The notes: generated by a model not told the origin, from the sequence alone. 64,000 bases of DNA from Guillardia theta CCMP2712 (GCF_000315625.1 NW_005434670.1:1008258-1072257); one strand, 5' to 3'; counted from the stretch's first letter, positions 1 through 13,311 are shown. A program made the numbers and translations.

Positions 1-41
1 CCCCCCCCCCCCCCCCCGCACCTCTCAAGCTCTTCTTGCAG

Positions 42-1126
42 GCCATGGCGGGTGTGGTCGCGACCCTCAAGCTGCAGTTTGCAAAGACGATGTCGCTCGC
101 CGTCTCGATCTCGGACAACATCCGCAAGCCTGCGGTGAGGAGGGTCGAGGAGAGAAGAGGAGGCAATGAAGGAGAGGGAGAGAAGCGAGAGGACTGGGAG
201 CGAGAGAGTAGTGAGGGAGGGGGAAGGGAGGTTGTTACAAGAGGAGGTGACAGGGTGGCAGGTCTCCATCCTCGCTCCCTTCCTCATCTACTCCCTTCCT
301 CCCGAGCATCATCCATGGATCAATCCTATCCTCGACTTGACCTGCAAGTTCCTGGCCATGTCTCTGGCATGGTACCTTTCGCGGGTTGTTCGATTCTCCT
401 ACATTCCTCTCCTCCCGTCTCCATTCTCGTTGCAATCTTTCTCATCCTCCTGCTCTCCTTCACCTTGCCCCTCCTCGTCCTCCTTACCAAGATACGTCAG
501 ATCATCTCTGCTGTTCATTCTGCCATCATCGGAGGATTAGCGGCTTCTCGAGCTTGCATCCAGCTGCTCAACGACAGGAAACTTATCACTCTGGACATAG
601 ACAAGGTGATTCTTCATTATTGCAGTTTGCTGATCATCTGTCTTCATGTTGGAGATGTGTGTGTTGATCTTGGTTGCTTCCTGCTGTTGTTGTCGACCAA
701 GTTGCGCATTCTTGCAACCTTTGCTGACGTCATCACCAAGTCCATGATCGACGAGTACTCTGGTTGGACTCTCGCTGCCATGGGCATCTTGTTCCAACTC
801 GGCCAAGGTTTCTTTGCTCCGTCTATCCCCCTCTTACCCCCCAACTTCCTCCCTCTCTAAGTTCCATCCCCCATATGTTGTCTCTCCTCTGTCCTCACCT
901 ACACCTGGATCCATGGCCTACTGTACCCTACTCGCGCTCCTTCTCCCCGTCGTTCCTCTTCCTCCTTCCACCTCATTCACTCTTGCTGTAGGTATGCAGC
1001 TGAGCTTTCCCCTCAACATCCTCCTCCTCCCACTGTCGTTTGTGGAAGTTTCTGTAAGTTGTTGCTCCTACTCTCCCCTCGCTGAGCGTCTCGCAGCTAC
1101 AATGGGCGGTGACCTTCATGAAGTGA
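42..1126 (+). CDS. 3' part of a multi-exon membrane protein of unknown function (5' end outside window)
   Basis: Short GT-AG introns join hydrophobic exons (ILAPFLIYSLPPEHHPWINPILDLTCKFLA / IISAVHSAIIGGLAASR / SMIDEYSGWTLAAMGILFQ / LSFPLNILLLPLSFVE); last exon LQWAVTFMK-TGA ends at 1126. Confidence 0.6.
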
Positions 1127-1216
1127 GAGGAGGGAGGGGAAGAGGAAGAAGATGGAAATCGTCACAGAGGATCCGAACTGAGGAGGAAGAAAAACTCTTC
1201 ATTGAGGAAAACTTGT

Positions 1217-2617
1217 TCACATCGAATCCACAGATCCCTGCCCTTCAGTCATTCTCTTATCTCCTCCTGTACTCCCAATGTCCCTCCCCTTCCGCCCCCT
1301 TTGCTCCTCTCCTCCCCTCCTCCAGTCTCCCGCCCCTTCCTTCATACCTGGAGGACGGGTGTGACGGACGCTGTGTCGCCGATTGCTCTTGCAAACTGAA
1401 GACGCGTGAGAAGCTGACGAGGGCAAGGAGAAGAAGAAAAACAAGGAGAGGAGGAGAAATGGAGCAAAGAACAGCCGATGATGTGGGTTGAGCATGAGAC
1501 AAGTGAGGGGGAGATGGCTAGAGGATCAGAAGAGGAAGCAACTTGATAGAAGAGAGAGAGTAAGCAAGAGATTGCAGTATAGGGAAAGGACAACGAGGAG
1601 AACCTGACGGCGTAGACGAGGAACATCTTCGTTGAGAATCCTAACAATGAGCGATCAGATCACCAGCAGCATATGAAGTGGAGTCGAGATGATGAATGTA
1701 TATCGGGGGGATGACACAGTGGGGAGCGGAGGATGGAGGGCTACCTGTTCAAGTACTCGTTGTCTCTTCTTCCAGCATGTCCAATCGCCCTTATCCCCAC
1801 CGTTCGCATCGCCAGCTGCAACAACATGAACATGACAAAGATTGCACTTTTTCGCGCTCAACGAGAACAACACTGGCTCACATCTCTACAACGCTATTCA
1901 CATTACAGACACTGCCTTCTCATTTTTAAACCTTTAACATGCATCTTGACCAACTCATCTCAACGCATGCAACTTGACATCACATCTGTTCAACAAACGA
2001 TCGCCTTACCTGCAGTCGGGGCATGACGCGTTGCCACAGTGAGTGCAAAAACTCGTCACCCTCAGCAATTTGCATTCTGTAGTTGTCCTCAAACAGCTGC
2101 AAGAGAGAGAATGTTAACAAAGCACAACCAGGAAGATGGAAAGGAGGAGACAAGTATTCTGAGCGACTTCAGTATGCCAAAGAGCGACTTCAATATGCTA
2201 ACTCTGTTCCTTGTGCTCCTTACTCTGCCTCCTCGTTCTCTCCCCACGTACCTTGGTCAAGTTGTGGTCTTCCGTGAGTTCTGCTGTCACCTTCTTGATC
2301 CGGGGAGCAGTAAACATGTAGAACATCAAACTGAACGTCTGCCCGCCGATAAAAACTGTTGAGAAGATTGAGATGACGTCATGAAGTCGGAGGAAGGGAG
2401 GCAGAGGAAGGGGATTGATGAGCCGGGGACGACAGGACAGGACAGGACAGGATGGGACGGGAAGTGAAGGGAGAGGAAATAGTTTGGTTTACCCGGCCAG
2501 TGCATGAAATCCCATCTTTGCCCGAAGCGTCTAATAAGGTCTCCTTTTCCCTTGTAGACGGCTGGAGCCAAAAATCAAGAAAAGGCTTCGTCGGGAATAG
2601 TACATCGAGCAACGGAT

Positions 2618-2676
<59 letters not shown>

Positions 2677-4414
2677 AAATTTGGTAGCAATGAGCAATCG
2701 AGTGTCGATTGCATGACATTGAGACATTCAAGACACAATGGCGCTGTCTCGTACAAAGACTCCATACCAGCAGCAACCCCGCAGCAGCAAGAGAGACAAG
2801 AGCAGTCTGAATGTGAACCGACCACCAAACGCGGTTCACCTGCTTTCTCACTGGAATGATATCAGCGGAGTTGTTCGGGAGGTGCGAAGGTGAGAAGAGG
2901 AGGGGAGAAAAGGGGGAGGAAGGAGGAGGAAGGGAGGAGGGAGGGAGGAGGGAGGAACATGAGAAGGGAGATTCAAGAATCTTATACAGGGGAAGCAGCG
3001 CAAGATGATACCTGCAGTGCAGACCCATGCGTACATCTGCAATACGCGGGTCGAGTCGTCAAGTCGTGATATCATATTGTCTACTCTTCGCTCTTGCGCG
3101 TTGTTGACCTACACGTTCTGTTGTTCAGCCTCTACATGTGAAAGGAAGCCAGTCACCTTGTTCACAACCTCTGACCGAGTCGAGTGCAGATCCAGTAGCG
3201 CTTCTTTCCCCAGGCCCTCCCCCTGTCCCGAACCTTATCTCTGCTCCTCCTACACTCCTCCTCCTTACCTGGTTGGGAGTAGGCACACACATGGTGTAGA
3301 TGGGCGGCAAATCTTTCCTCGGAATCACCTAACGTGCCTTTCAATCTTTCTGAAGCGAAGGAGCATCATCTTACCTTGCTCAAGTTCCAGCAAAGAGCTC
3401 CAAACGCGCGGGCAAAGTCATGCATCTTGTTGAACTGATCGCACTTGTTGAAGATAATGTTCAACTTGTGCTCCATCCCATTCAGGGCCTCCCAAAACGT
3501 GTCAGGCATGCAGATTCACAGTTTGAATTTCACCTTTGTCAGGCACTCGAGTGTCTCCCCAGTTGTTCCAGGCTTGTCAGGATCGAAGAAGAGAAGAATG
3601 ACGTCGGAGTGCTCAGCAAACCAGCGAGTCACCGCCATGAAGTTGTAACCACGATCGAACGTTCCCTCCGAGGAGTACTTGCTCTCCCTTCCCCTGCTGC
3701 TGGAAGACAACCTGAGCCGCTCAGAAGTCGACAGGTGGGCAGGAGCAGAGACGGCGGGGCAGTCGATCATTCCCGGACTATCCACCAAGATCACATTCTT
3801 GAGGCCAAGGTTCTTCCTGACTTTGAGCTGCACGTGCGAAATGAGAGCGTTTCCAAAGTTTCTCAGGGCCATGAAGCCAAGGTCTGGGTCCCCGACAAGC
3901 GCCGGCCCGTCCTGGTCAGTGTCCTCCATGCCCGAGGTGATGAGAGTGAAGCTGTCGTCAGTCGGAGCCACCCCGGACTTCTGGACCTCGGACCCTACAA
4001 GGAAGTTGATGAAGCTTGACTTTCCAGACGAGTGGTTCCCGAGCAGCAGAACCATCGGACGAGACGTGATGATCTCAGATTGTGGTAGAGGGCCCATCAT
4101 ACGCTCGTTGATTGGAAGAAGAATGCTCTGATAACACTCGTCGGCCTCCTGCTCCAGTGTCTTGATGATAGTTCCAGAAGCCGGCGACCTACGAAGAAAT
4201 CGGCAAGTCAGAAAGTCGGTGGGAGACATCCAACAATGTGGGATTGTGACACAATGATGGAAAAAGGCTGAGTCTAGATTTTGATACTTGAGGATGAACG
4301 AATACCGTCACAAGAAAACTAAGTTGATCACCTCAACATCGCCGAGAAGGTTCCGCTGGAGGAGTTCGACTTGCTGTCTGGTGTCTCCGTATTGTTCTTC
4401 GCCCGCCTGGCCAT
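1217..4414 (-). CDS. EHD/dynamin-superfamily P-loop GTPase with a putative transmembrane segment, multi-exon
   Basis: P-loop LLGNHSSGKSSFIN, G2 GVAPTDD, G3 LVDSPG, RGYNF, FFDPDKPG, then spliced NKCDQ, DLPPIYTM and RRVDNMISRLDDS. ATG at 4414 (MARRAKNN); C-terminal exons ILNEDVPRLRRQ...GQGSVDSM*. Confidence 0.8.
2618..2676. repeat. (GAT)n microsatellite, intronic
   Basis: About 19 perfect GAT units. Confidence 0.95.
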
Positions 4415-5104
4415 GTTCGAAAACCTGGAACCACGTCACGTTATACAAACATAATCCGATCTACAAACATCATCCAATATCCACAAACAAAAAATAACAC
4501 ATTGCTTCGATTCAGTATTCTTTAAACTTCTAAACCGTAAGACTACCCACCTAGGTGTTACCATCACAACAATGAGCTTGTACAAAGTCAAATAAGGAAT
4601 ACAAGCTCCAGGCAATAAGAGGGAGGAGGATGGGGAAGTTCTATCTAGACATTGATTGGGATGAAATGGAACATGTAGGCAGAGTTAGGGGAAGCGGGGG
4701 GGGGGGGGGGGGGATGGCCTCAGATATGCTGGAATAACAACAGGGGAGGCCAGAGTTGTGAGCATACAAAAAGAGAAATATAAAGGATCGAGGGAAGTCA
4801 CAATAAGTGTGAATATGAGAATATGAGCAAGGAGTTCTCAGTTGTGGAGGAGATATGTAGATCGGACAGAGGCGATTTGAATGTTTCAACCAGAAAGCAG
4901 AACGAGCAGGAGGGAGACGATGGGAAAAGAATTAGGACAGGAGGGGAGGACGAGGAAACGAAGTTGAGAAAGAGGGAGAAAGGGTGGAAATGGGGTCAAA
5001 GGGGAAGCGAGGGGAGAGAGAGATTTAGGGAGAGGCAGGTAGGCAGGCAGATTAATAGAGCAATGGAGAGCGGGAGACAGGGAGAAGGGAGGCAACGATG
5101 GAGG

Positions 5105-5105
5105 T

Positions 5106-5151
<46 letters not shown>
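5105..5151. repeat. (GGCA)n microsatellite
   Basis: Direct reading; a second (GGCA)n tract lies at 11564-11640. Confidence 0.9.
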
Positions 5152-5153
<2 letters not shown>

Positions 5154-5206
5154 ACAGAGCGATGGATCAATGAAGAGAGGGAGGGAAGGGAGACAGGAAG
5201 GGATGT

Positions 5207-5306
5207 NNNNNNNNNNNNNNNNNNNNNNNNNNNNNNNNNNNNNNNNNNNNNNNNNNNNNNNNNNNNNNNNNNNNNNNNNNNNNNNNNNNNNNNNNNNNNN
5301 NNNNNN
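5207..5306. other. Assembly gap (100 N)
   Basis: Run of N flanked by GGGA-type repeats. Confidence 1.
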
Positions 5307-6344
5307 GGGAGGGAGGACGGGAGGGAGGACGGGAGGGAGGACGGGAGGGAGGGAGGGAGGGAGGGAGGGACGAAGGGAGGGAGGGAGCATGGGGGTAGAC
5401 AGGCAGGAGGCGAGAGGATTTCAGTCTCTGCATTCCCTTCAAATTCCCGCCATCGTCACCCCTAACACCACCAACCCTTTTCGAAAAACATACCACCACC
5501 TACCCCTTATCTTTTGTCACTACCCTTGTCAACAAACTAGCCCCCTTGTCAGGACCACCACCCGTCCTTTTCCATACTTTACACTAGATACTACCCCCAC
5601 CCATGTGCTTTCCCTGACCATACGTTGCAACCACTACCCCCTCATCTCCGGTACCACCACGATATTTCACATCCACCCCAACGGGTGTACCCACCCCACA
5701 TTGACATTCGTTCTGCTACGCCTCACCTTCCCGAAATCACCCTACCTGGTCAAGATACCTTCTTATCACCGGTACTTACCCAATAAACACGTACCCTACC
5801 CCTATTTTCAACACCTTGCCGAAGTCCTGCAAACATGGTTCAAGGAGCTGTAATGGCGAAGTAGGAAGATCCGCGATGAAAGGGAGGAAGGGAGAAGTGA
5901 GGGAGGGAGTAGGAGATGATGAGAGGAGGAAAGGAGAAGGGCATGAGGAGACTCGCTAGCAACAGGAGGGAACAATGAGGGAAAGTGAGATTGGGCTCGG
6001 TATCGGAGATCTTTCGTTCGAATTGTAGAGAGCGAAAGATTAGGTGATGAGATGGAGAGAGTGGAAGAAATGCGATGAAAAGGGATTGGATAAAATGTCA
6101 TGATGCATTCACTCAGAATATACCATTTCGCAGCCGGTCTGGTTTTGATTTGGTAAGTTATATCTTGTGTCCTGTCCAAGAGCTGGCCAAGTCTTGTTGT
6201 GTGCTGTCGTCGACCATCATGTTTTCAAGCATAATCGTTCGTGTCGGAGCAACAAGACATCAACATTGCTGATTTTGGCATGGAAGAAATCACATGTTTG
6301 TGATCGCCTCGGTGCTTGTTTGGTTGGCACTCTCCAGAGGCGAA

Positions 6345-7450
6345 CTACATCAGCACTCGACTTCTTCTTTGCGAACGATCGGCAGTAGGAACCCTTGAGT
6401 GAAAACACTTTCTGTTTGCGGTTTCTCTTTCTCGTTGAAGTATCTGCACAAGAAAGTATCAGGTGACGAGCGAGGGGAACCTTTCTTTGCTACCCGGTAG
6501 TGATGATGGTGGGGATTTTGTACAAGTTGCTCGCCGAGATATTGTTGTCGTCGAGATCCAAAACCTTGAGTTATGTCAAATGCAATCCATCGCATCATGA
6601 TGACCATGAATGATGAGGATGATGATGATGAGGATGAGGATGAGGACGAGGATGAGGATGAGGATGAGGATGAGGATGAGGATGAGGATGATGATAGAAT
6701 TGAGAGGAGCGAACCTTCAAGGTGCATGCTTCACCCTGCGCTGTCAGCTCCTCGATAATATCCAGCGCTCCCTTGTCTCCTCTGCAAGAACGTCATCCGG
6801 CCATCATGCACACAGTCTGCATGGAAGCAGGGACAACATCGAGTTGTATCCTAGATAGAGCTCTCTCAGCGTCTCATGCCCCTTTGCCGCCTTCACGATC
6901 TCGGCAGCCCCCCGCGGTCCGATGGAGTTCAAAGACAAGTAGAGCTCCTAGGAGGGAGGCGGGTCAGTCGTGTTAGGAAGACAGCGGCGGAGCTGCGGTA
7001 GATGCGTCGTCATAATGGTAGGGAAGGGGGAGGGAGGGAGGGAGGGAGGGAGGAAGCAACTGTTTTCTTTACCGCAACACTTCTGTTCGCCTTCAGCGCA
7101 TTTGCAATGGCGACCGCGCCGTCATCGCCGAAGCCGATCCTCCGAGCGACGAGGATGTTGCAGCTGGTGGGAGAAGATCGCGATCAACGTTTGAACTGCC
7201 CCACGAGATCGCCATGGGTGGGATACCTGTGTGAGCGGAGACTGTCTACCGCGTCCTTGAGACTGTGAACCACCTTCAACGGCCATCAGTCGCTCCATGA
7301 AAGCTGATTGCTCCTCCTCTACACGCCCTTCCTGTTCGCTTTTCCAACCCTTCGTCTTGTTACTGCATGATACTCTGTCACTGCGGCTCTTCCTGATCTT
7401 TGTGCTCCTCCTCCTCCTCCTCCTCATACTGCTCGAGTGTTCGCACCTGC
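6345..7450 (-). CDS. Ribonuclease-inhibitor-like leucine-rich-repeat protein, multi-exon (ends uncertain)
   Basis: Exons read IGFGDDGAVAIANALKANRSV, ELYLSLNSIGPRGAAEIVKA..TLRELYLGYN, GDKGALDIIEEL and LKVLDLDDNNIS, which fit the RI-like LRR consensus. Confidence 0.65.
6611..6694. repeat. (GAGGAT)n/(GAT)n microsatellite, intronic
   Basis: Direct reading. Confidence 0.9.
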
Positions 7451-7675
7451 TGCATCGAATCTTCCCGGGCAATATGCTCGGAGATAAGGGTGGGTACTTT
7501 CGTTGAAACACCGGTTCGAACTAATTTGAAGGTACGGGTGACGGATAATTTTGATAGGCCTGGGTAGGGTACTCATACCTTGAAAAGTTTGACAAGGATG
7601 GGCGGCAGTATGGCAAGGTAGGGAGTATAGCAGGCAGGTAGCGACTCGGTGAGTCAGGGAGGGAGGGAGGGAGGG

Positions 7676-7676
<1 letters not shown>

Positions 7677-7744
<68 letters not shown>

Positions 7745-7745
7745 G
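7677..7745. repeat. (GACA)n microsatellite
   Basis: About 17 GACA units. Confidence 0.95.
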
Positions 7746-8009
7746 GACGGAGGAGAGAGGGAGAGGAGGTAGAGAGGGAGGATAGGGATTCCGTGGGCAA
7801 ACTGGACGCCGAAAGGAGGAGGGTGTGGATCAACACTGACTGCATTCAGCCATGTGGGAGCGAAGAGGAGGTGCAAGCTCAGTTATGCAGGATTAGAGGC
7901 ATGAAACCGTCAGGATACTCATTCAAATCTCTTTCATTAACTTATGAAATATGACAGCATCTACATGGGAATCAACCCTTGACCTATAGTACACCAGCAC
8001 CATCCCATG

Positions 8010-11000
8010 TTAGAATTGGATGACACTGTTGAACCTGAACAGGCTCGTCCTCCTCTTTCGTTCCTCTTTCCCCTGATGGACACTCAGCGGCTGGTTGAGA
8101 TCAACGAGAACGGGGCGGGAGGAGGAGGGGAAGGGGGAGGAGGGGAGGGGAGAGGAGGGAGGAGGGAAAGCGAGTCACCTTCGACATGATTGAGGGCGCT
8201 CTCTGAATTTTCTCGTTGAGAAATGCTGGATCGAGAGCAAAGTCCCACTTCATTGGGAAGCGAGAGATCCAGAAGGTCTTCATGAACCCCTTCCCCTTGA
8301 CGAGCACGTCCCCTCTTGACGTCAAGAAGACGTCCTGCTCCATGCTCTTGAGCTGCTTCCGCAGGATCCTCGCCGTCTCCTGCTCAGACATCATCACGCA
8401 GGGTACGAAGTTCACCTCGACTCACCTCCGTGCACTGGATCTTGCCGGGGATAGAAGTCGACTCCATTCGTGAAGCAGTGTTCACCGCGTCCCCGAAGAG
8501 CGTGTACTTAGGCCGCTGCTTCCCGATGACGTTGGCGACCACCGGGCCCGAGTGGATCCCGACTCTGATCTTGAGGGTCCCGAGCTCCGGCGCGTCCTCG
8601 TCCTGGAGGGTGGTAGACGCGCACTCGATGGCGTCCAGTGCGAACCTGGCGATGCGGACCGCGTGATCTTCGACCTGATCCTCGAGGAGGTTGGTGACGG
8701 CCATGTACGCGTCTCCTATCGTCTCGAGCTTGAAGACCCCGTGAGCCTGCGCGAAGCTGTCGAAGTTGGAGTAGAGGCGATCCAGGAACTTGGAGACTTT
8801 CCAGGGCTCCAACTTGGAGCTGATGGTCGTGAAGTTGACGATGTCAGAGAAGAAGATGGTGACGACCTCTCGTCTCTCCGGCTCGATCGGCTTCCCGTCC
8901 TTGAGCGCGTCAGCGATGTGTCTGGGCAAGACATCATAGAGGAGGCTGTTGGCCCTCTTGAAGCTCTCCCTCATGATCGACTCGCGATGGATCGATCGCG
9001 CTATGGGGCTGAGAAACTCCTCCCGGGAGTCGAGAGCTTTGAGCCTGCGAGAGATCTCGGGGAAGAGCGGGCGGTACTCGGGCTGCTTGTGCCAGCAGTC
9101 CTTGATCAATCCCAGGATCTCGCCAGGGACGTTGGGAGGGAGGGAGGGTCTTTTGTCCACCTCCCTTCCCAGGTCAGCGACTTCCCGGAGGACGGTGCTG
9201 ATGTCCTCCCCTTCGTAAGGATCCTTGCGGCTGTAGATTTCAGAGAGGAGGATGCCGAAGGCGTACGAGTCGTTCTGGACGGTGAAGTCGCCGCCGTTGA
9301 TCACCTCAGGGGCGAGCCAGGCAAAGGAGAGCTGGCCCAGCTTCTCCTTCTGGGACAGGCCGAAGTCTGTGATCTTGGCTCGGAAGTTCTCGTCAATGAG
9401 AACGTTCTGAGACTTGAGGTCCTTGTGACATATGACGGGGTTCGAGTTGTGGAGGAAGATGATGCCGCTCGTGATGTCCTGCAGCAAGTCAAGCATGATC
9501 TCTGTCTCCAGCCTGACTGTGTTGTTCCTCAACAAGTCGTAGAGCGACCCGTACTCCATGTACTCCAGCACCAGCGACGAGCCAGAGCGACCAGCCGTCA
9601 CTGCTCCGATCACCGTTGTGATGCATGGGTGCCTGACGCGCGAGATCATGCGCATGTCATGGAGGAAACATTTCCTCAGAGAGTTCTCAGCTCCAACATC
9701 GCTGATCCTCCGCTTGATCCTGAAGATGTAGCTGGACAGGTTGCAGGAAGTGGATGCTTCGGAGTCATTTTGGGACACGTCCTTGAAAAAGCTCGACGGG
9801 CAGTGCAAGTTAGCGTAAGGGAGGTGCTTCTTGACCGCTACTGTGGATCCTCGGTAATATCCCTGGATGATTGGGCCCAGCAGGCCTTCACCTAGCACGA
9901 GAGGAGGCTCGTCGAAGTGAATCTCCTTGGGGTCGATCTTCCAGAAGTTGTCGGCGTTGGCCTTCTTGTACTTGATGAACGAGTACACCAGCAGCAGGAT
10001 GGACAAGCTGACAGGCACCACGATGGCAAGAGCGAGGTACGCGACGTTCATGTTGTGACTGCAAGTCAAGACAAGGCCGTTGTTGATCTGTGCTACGATG
10101 ACCTTGGATGCCCAGGAGGACCGTGGCTCCTGCGTGTGGACGACAGTTGTCACCTGCCCCCCGAGCCAATCGGCGATCACGGTGAGCTCGAGGTTTGACT
10201 TCTGGATCAGCAGGTAACTGAGAGCAAGTCAGATCGCCGCCAACATGACTCTTCGACAGCATACCTCCAGCCGATTCGGTCAAGGTTCGAGTCGAACGAC
10301 ACCTCTCCCGACGCCCCCTTGAAGCTCACTCGCCCCAGCGCGCTCCTCACCACCTCCCCGTCCCGCACGTCTTGACCCCCCTCTACAACCTCCGCATAAG
10401 CGTGCGCAAGCGCCAGCACCGCGTCGTACGCAAACGCGATCCGAGGGTTCTCGATGAAACGCGCCTCCCCCGGGTACGAGCCCGGCCGCGTCGCCTCCCA
10501 GTACGACTGCAGCTCCTTGAGCTTGGGGTTGCTGCTGTTGATGCCTATGCGGAGCCCCAGGTAGCCCTCAGGCAGATACCGGTTGTCAAGCGAGCTCGCC
10601 GACCAGCTCCCCAGCCAGATCAGCTTCCCCGACAGCCCCGTCGCGTTCGCTGCCGCGAAGATCTCCTTTGCATCGCTCGCGTGCACGCACAGCACCAGCA
10701 CCCGCGACCTCCCGCACTTGGCTGCGATGTCTCTGAGGAGGCTCTTGGTCGCCTCCAGGTCGTTCATCGCCCACGTGTGCACGGCCTCTACCGCCACGCC
10801 CTTCTCCGACGCCACCTGCCCGAAGCGCGCGGCCAGCCCCATGCAGTACTCATCGTCGCAGCGGACGACCTGGCAGCTGGTCCAGCCGAGGAAGCTCACG
10901 AGGTCGGCCATGGCCATGCCTTGGAGGTCGTCGGAGGGGCACACGCGAGCAAAATAAGGGAAGAGAGAGCGGTTGGAAAGATCTTTGTGCGTTGCTGAGT

Positions 11001-11409
11001 AACTGAGAGTGATCAACTTGTTTGCGTTGAGGTAAGATCGCATGGCGAACACATCCCTGCTCCACGGAGGGCCAACAAACACACTCGCGTTGACACTGAT
11101 CGACTGAAACAGGTTCAAGATTGCATTCTGCCAGATGCTGTTGACGTCAGATGTCTCCACTCCGTATCTGAACGTCTGCAGAAGCCTCAGAGCCGTCAGA
11201 TCGATCGCGTCCACTGTAAAATTTTGTGGCAAGGAAGGGAATTGCAGGTTTGCCATGGTCGTGGCTATGGTCATGGATTCAAGAGATTCATGGTCGATGT
11301 CAAACTCACTTGCTGTTAGACCGCCAAACTGGTACGAATGACTGATAGGCAAGTCTGGCAAAATCAAGGAAATTGCAAGCCATGACAGCAGGAAAGGCCT
11401 GCTGATCAT
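8010..11409 (-). CDS. Receptor-type guanylyl cyclase: signal peptide + ANF/PBP1 ligand-binding domain + TM + protein kinase domain + class III cyclase
   Basis: Signal MISRPFLLSWLAISLIL; ligand-binding domain LSYSATHKDLSNRSLFPYFARVCPSD...FKGASGEVSFD; intron 10218-10264; TM LALAIVVPVSLSILLLVY; kinase VAVK/HKDLKSQN/DFG/APE; cyclase VTIFFSDIVNFT, KLETIGDAYM, VGIHSGPV, LFGDAVNTASRMES, VKGKGFMKTFW. Confidence 0.9.
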
Positions 11410-11566
11410 GACACCTTTCAGTCCAGTGGACAGGATGTCCTTGTTTCTTCAATGGTATTCCTGCATGGTTGTCTCCTCCGAAACTACTTGTGGTGAGCCG
11501 AAGGACGATTTCTCTTATCTTCTGGAATGTCAAATCAGCGATTTGATACAAGACGATGACAAACGG

Positions 11567-11638
<72 letters not shown>

Positions 11639-13009
11639 CAAGGTTCGAGGGCGATTTAATGGTATTGCCGGGTATTGAGCTTGCAAGACTGATTGAACAC
11701 TTATCAACAACGACAGGAGGTCTGGGTCTTCCTCAAGGAGGTGGGAGCAGGTGCGAGGATGCGAATACATGCAAGGGTAGAGGTGACATGCAGGGTCAGA
11801 GAGAGTTGAAGCGTGTCCTTATCTGGAAAGAACTGATGTAAAGGGACAGGAAGAGACAAAAAGATGGGATACGAGGCACAGAGGCAGCGAGGAGGAGCAG
11901 AACTGATCGTAAGAGCATGATCGTAAGTCATGGGGGAAAGAAGAAGGCAAAGGAGGGCTGGAGACAACGAGGGCAGGATGCAGCATCATTTCATAGGCGG
12001 AAGTCTATTTCCCACCAGGGTTGGGGTAGGGGGGGGGTACTCCCCCAAGAAGACGATTGGGGAGTAGTAGGGTACCAGAGGTCGTAAACATAGTGTAAAG
12101 TCCAATTTCAGGGTGGGGTGGGGTGGGATGGGTCATTGTCCGAGCTACGGCCAGTCGAGTACCCTACCCCCACGTCAAAGGATCCTTGATGACGATACCC
12201 TGACCACCGTCTGACCGGCTATTGAGACTGATATGGAGGGGTGATAGCACATATTTAACTACCCCACCCCTTGGTGGACTCCGTTCCCTACACCTGATTA
12301 CGAAAGGCTTCGTTTTTTATCTTTTTAAAATAGATTATTTATCTTTCGGGAACTCTCCTAAATATCTGTATTAGAATTCAAAACTTATACTATAACTTTG
12401 AAAGGGTCGCCCAAGAAACTGTCTAAGATCAAGATTGATCCTAGTCCGACTAGGAAGCAGTAGCCGCCACCACGGGCGGAGAAAAGGGTAGACGACAAGA
12501 AGAGCATGGTGGGCATGGCAAAGATGAGAAAAACAACAGCTGTCTACGAATAGAAGTATCTTGAAGGTTTCGAAGTTCGATGTTTAAGAATGAACAATCC
12601 AAGGAAAGCTCCAGGAATGATACTTGAGACTGTGCCAGAAGGAGGAGGTGATGTTCAAGAACCAAGAAAGAGAACAGAAGCAAAATGCAGAACTAGAACA
12701 AAATTAGAAGATGCTTGAACGGAAGAGCAAGACTTTGGGAACAAAAAGAGCAACGGTGTTGTGGCCCCTCTGCTCGCGGGTAGATGATCAACGCTTTTTC
12801 AGTGCGAAATCATTGAGCCAAAACAAGTGGGATGAGTAGGATGTGTGTAGGTAGAGAGAAGAACAATATACGCTCAAATTAATCTCAGACTGCAGCGACA
12901 TGTGTCAAATCTAGAATTGATCCAGGGTCCTGTGCAGTGTATAGCTGCAGATAGAAGGTGGCGGGAGTGAAGTCTTGTCTACACGGTTGTGCTGGAGAGA
13001 TTAGAAGAA

Positions 13010-13117
13010 GTTTTCTGATGGTGTCTCTGACTGATGACGGAATGACACATGAGATTTGGAGAAGGTTTTCTGACGGTGTCTCTGACTGATGACGGAATGA
13101 CACATGAGATTCGGAGA
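13010..13117. repeat. Two-copy 55-bp tandem duplication
   Basis: gttttctgaYggtgtctctgactgatgacggaatgacacatgagattYggaga at 13010 and 13065. Confidence 0.9.
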
Positions 13118-13311
13118 TTAGAGTGAGTGAACAATGAATGATCGGGCATCTGAGATTGACATGGTAAAATTCATTAAAAATGAAGAAACGATGCACTCCC
13201 CTTTGCCTGGCTACTGGTCGAATCCTACTCTGTCAAAGCAAGTTTACCCGCACTAACTGAAGGCAAGCAGTACTTTGTAGATCCCCATGATTCCAACCAG
13301 AGTCGGCTAGC

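Noticed and set aside
2379-7954. ORFs with poly-D/S/H, PACL, CLSV or RQAG repeats (also 28034-28639, 45645-46861)
   Set aside because: Translations of microsatellites and low-complexity introns.
8552-9895. Long antisense ORFs (also 39151-40107, 43276-44232, 63040-63789)
   Set aside because: Shadow frames of GC3-rich real genes on the opposite strand, with no recognisable motifs.
12450-13200. Possible small genes here, at 14600-15060 and at 58138-58820
   Set aside because: Short ORFs without recognisable motifs or a convincing exon chain.
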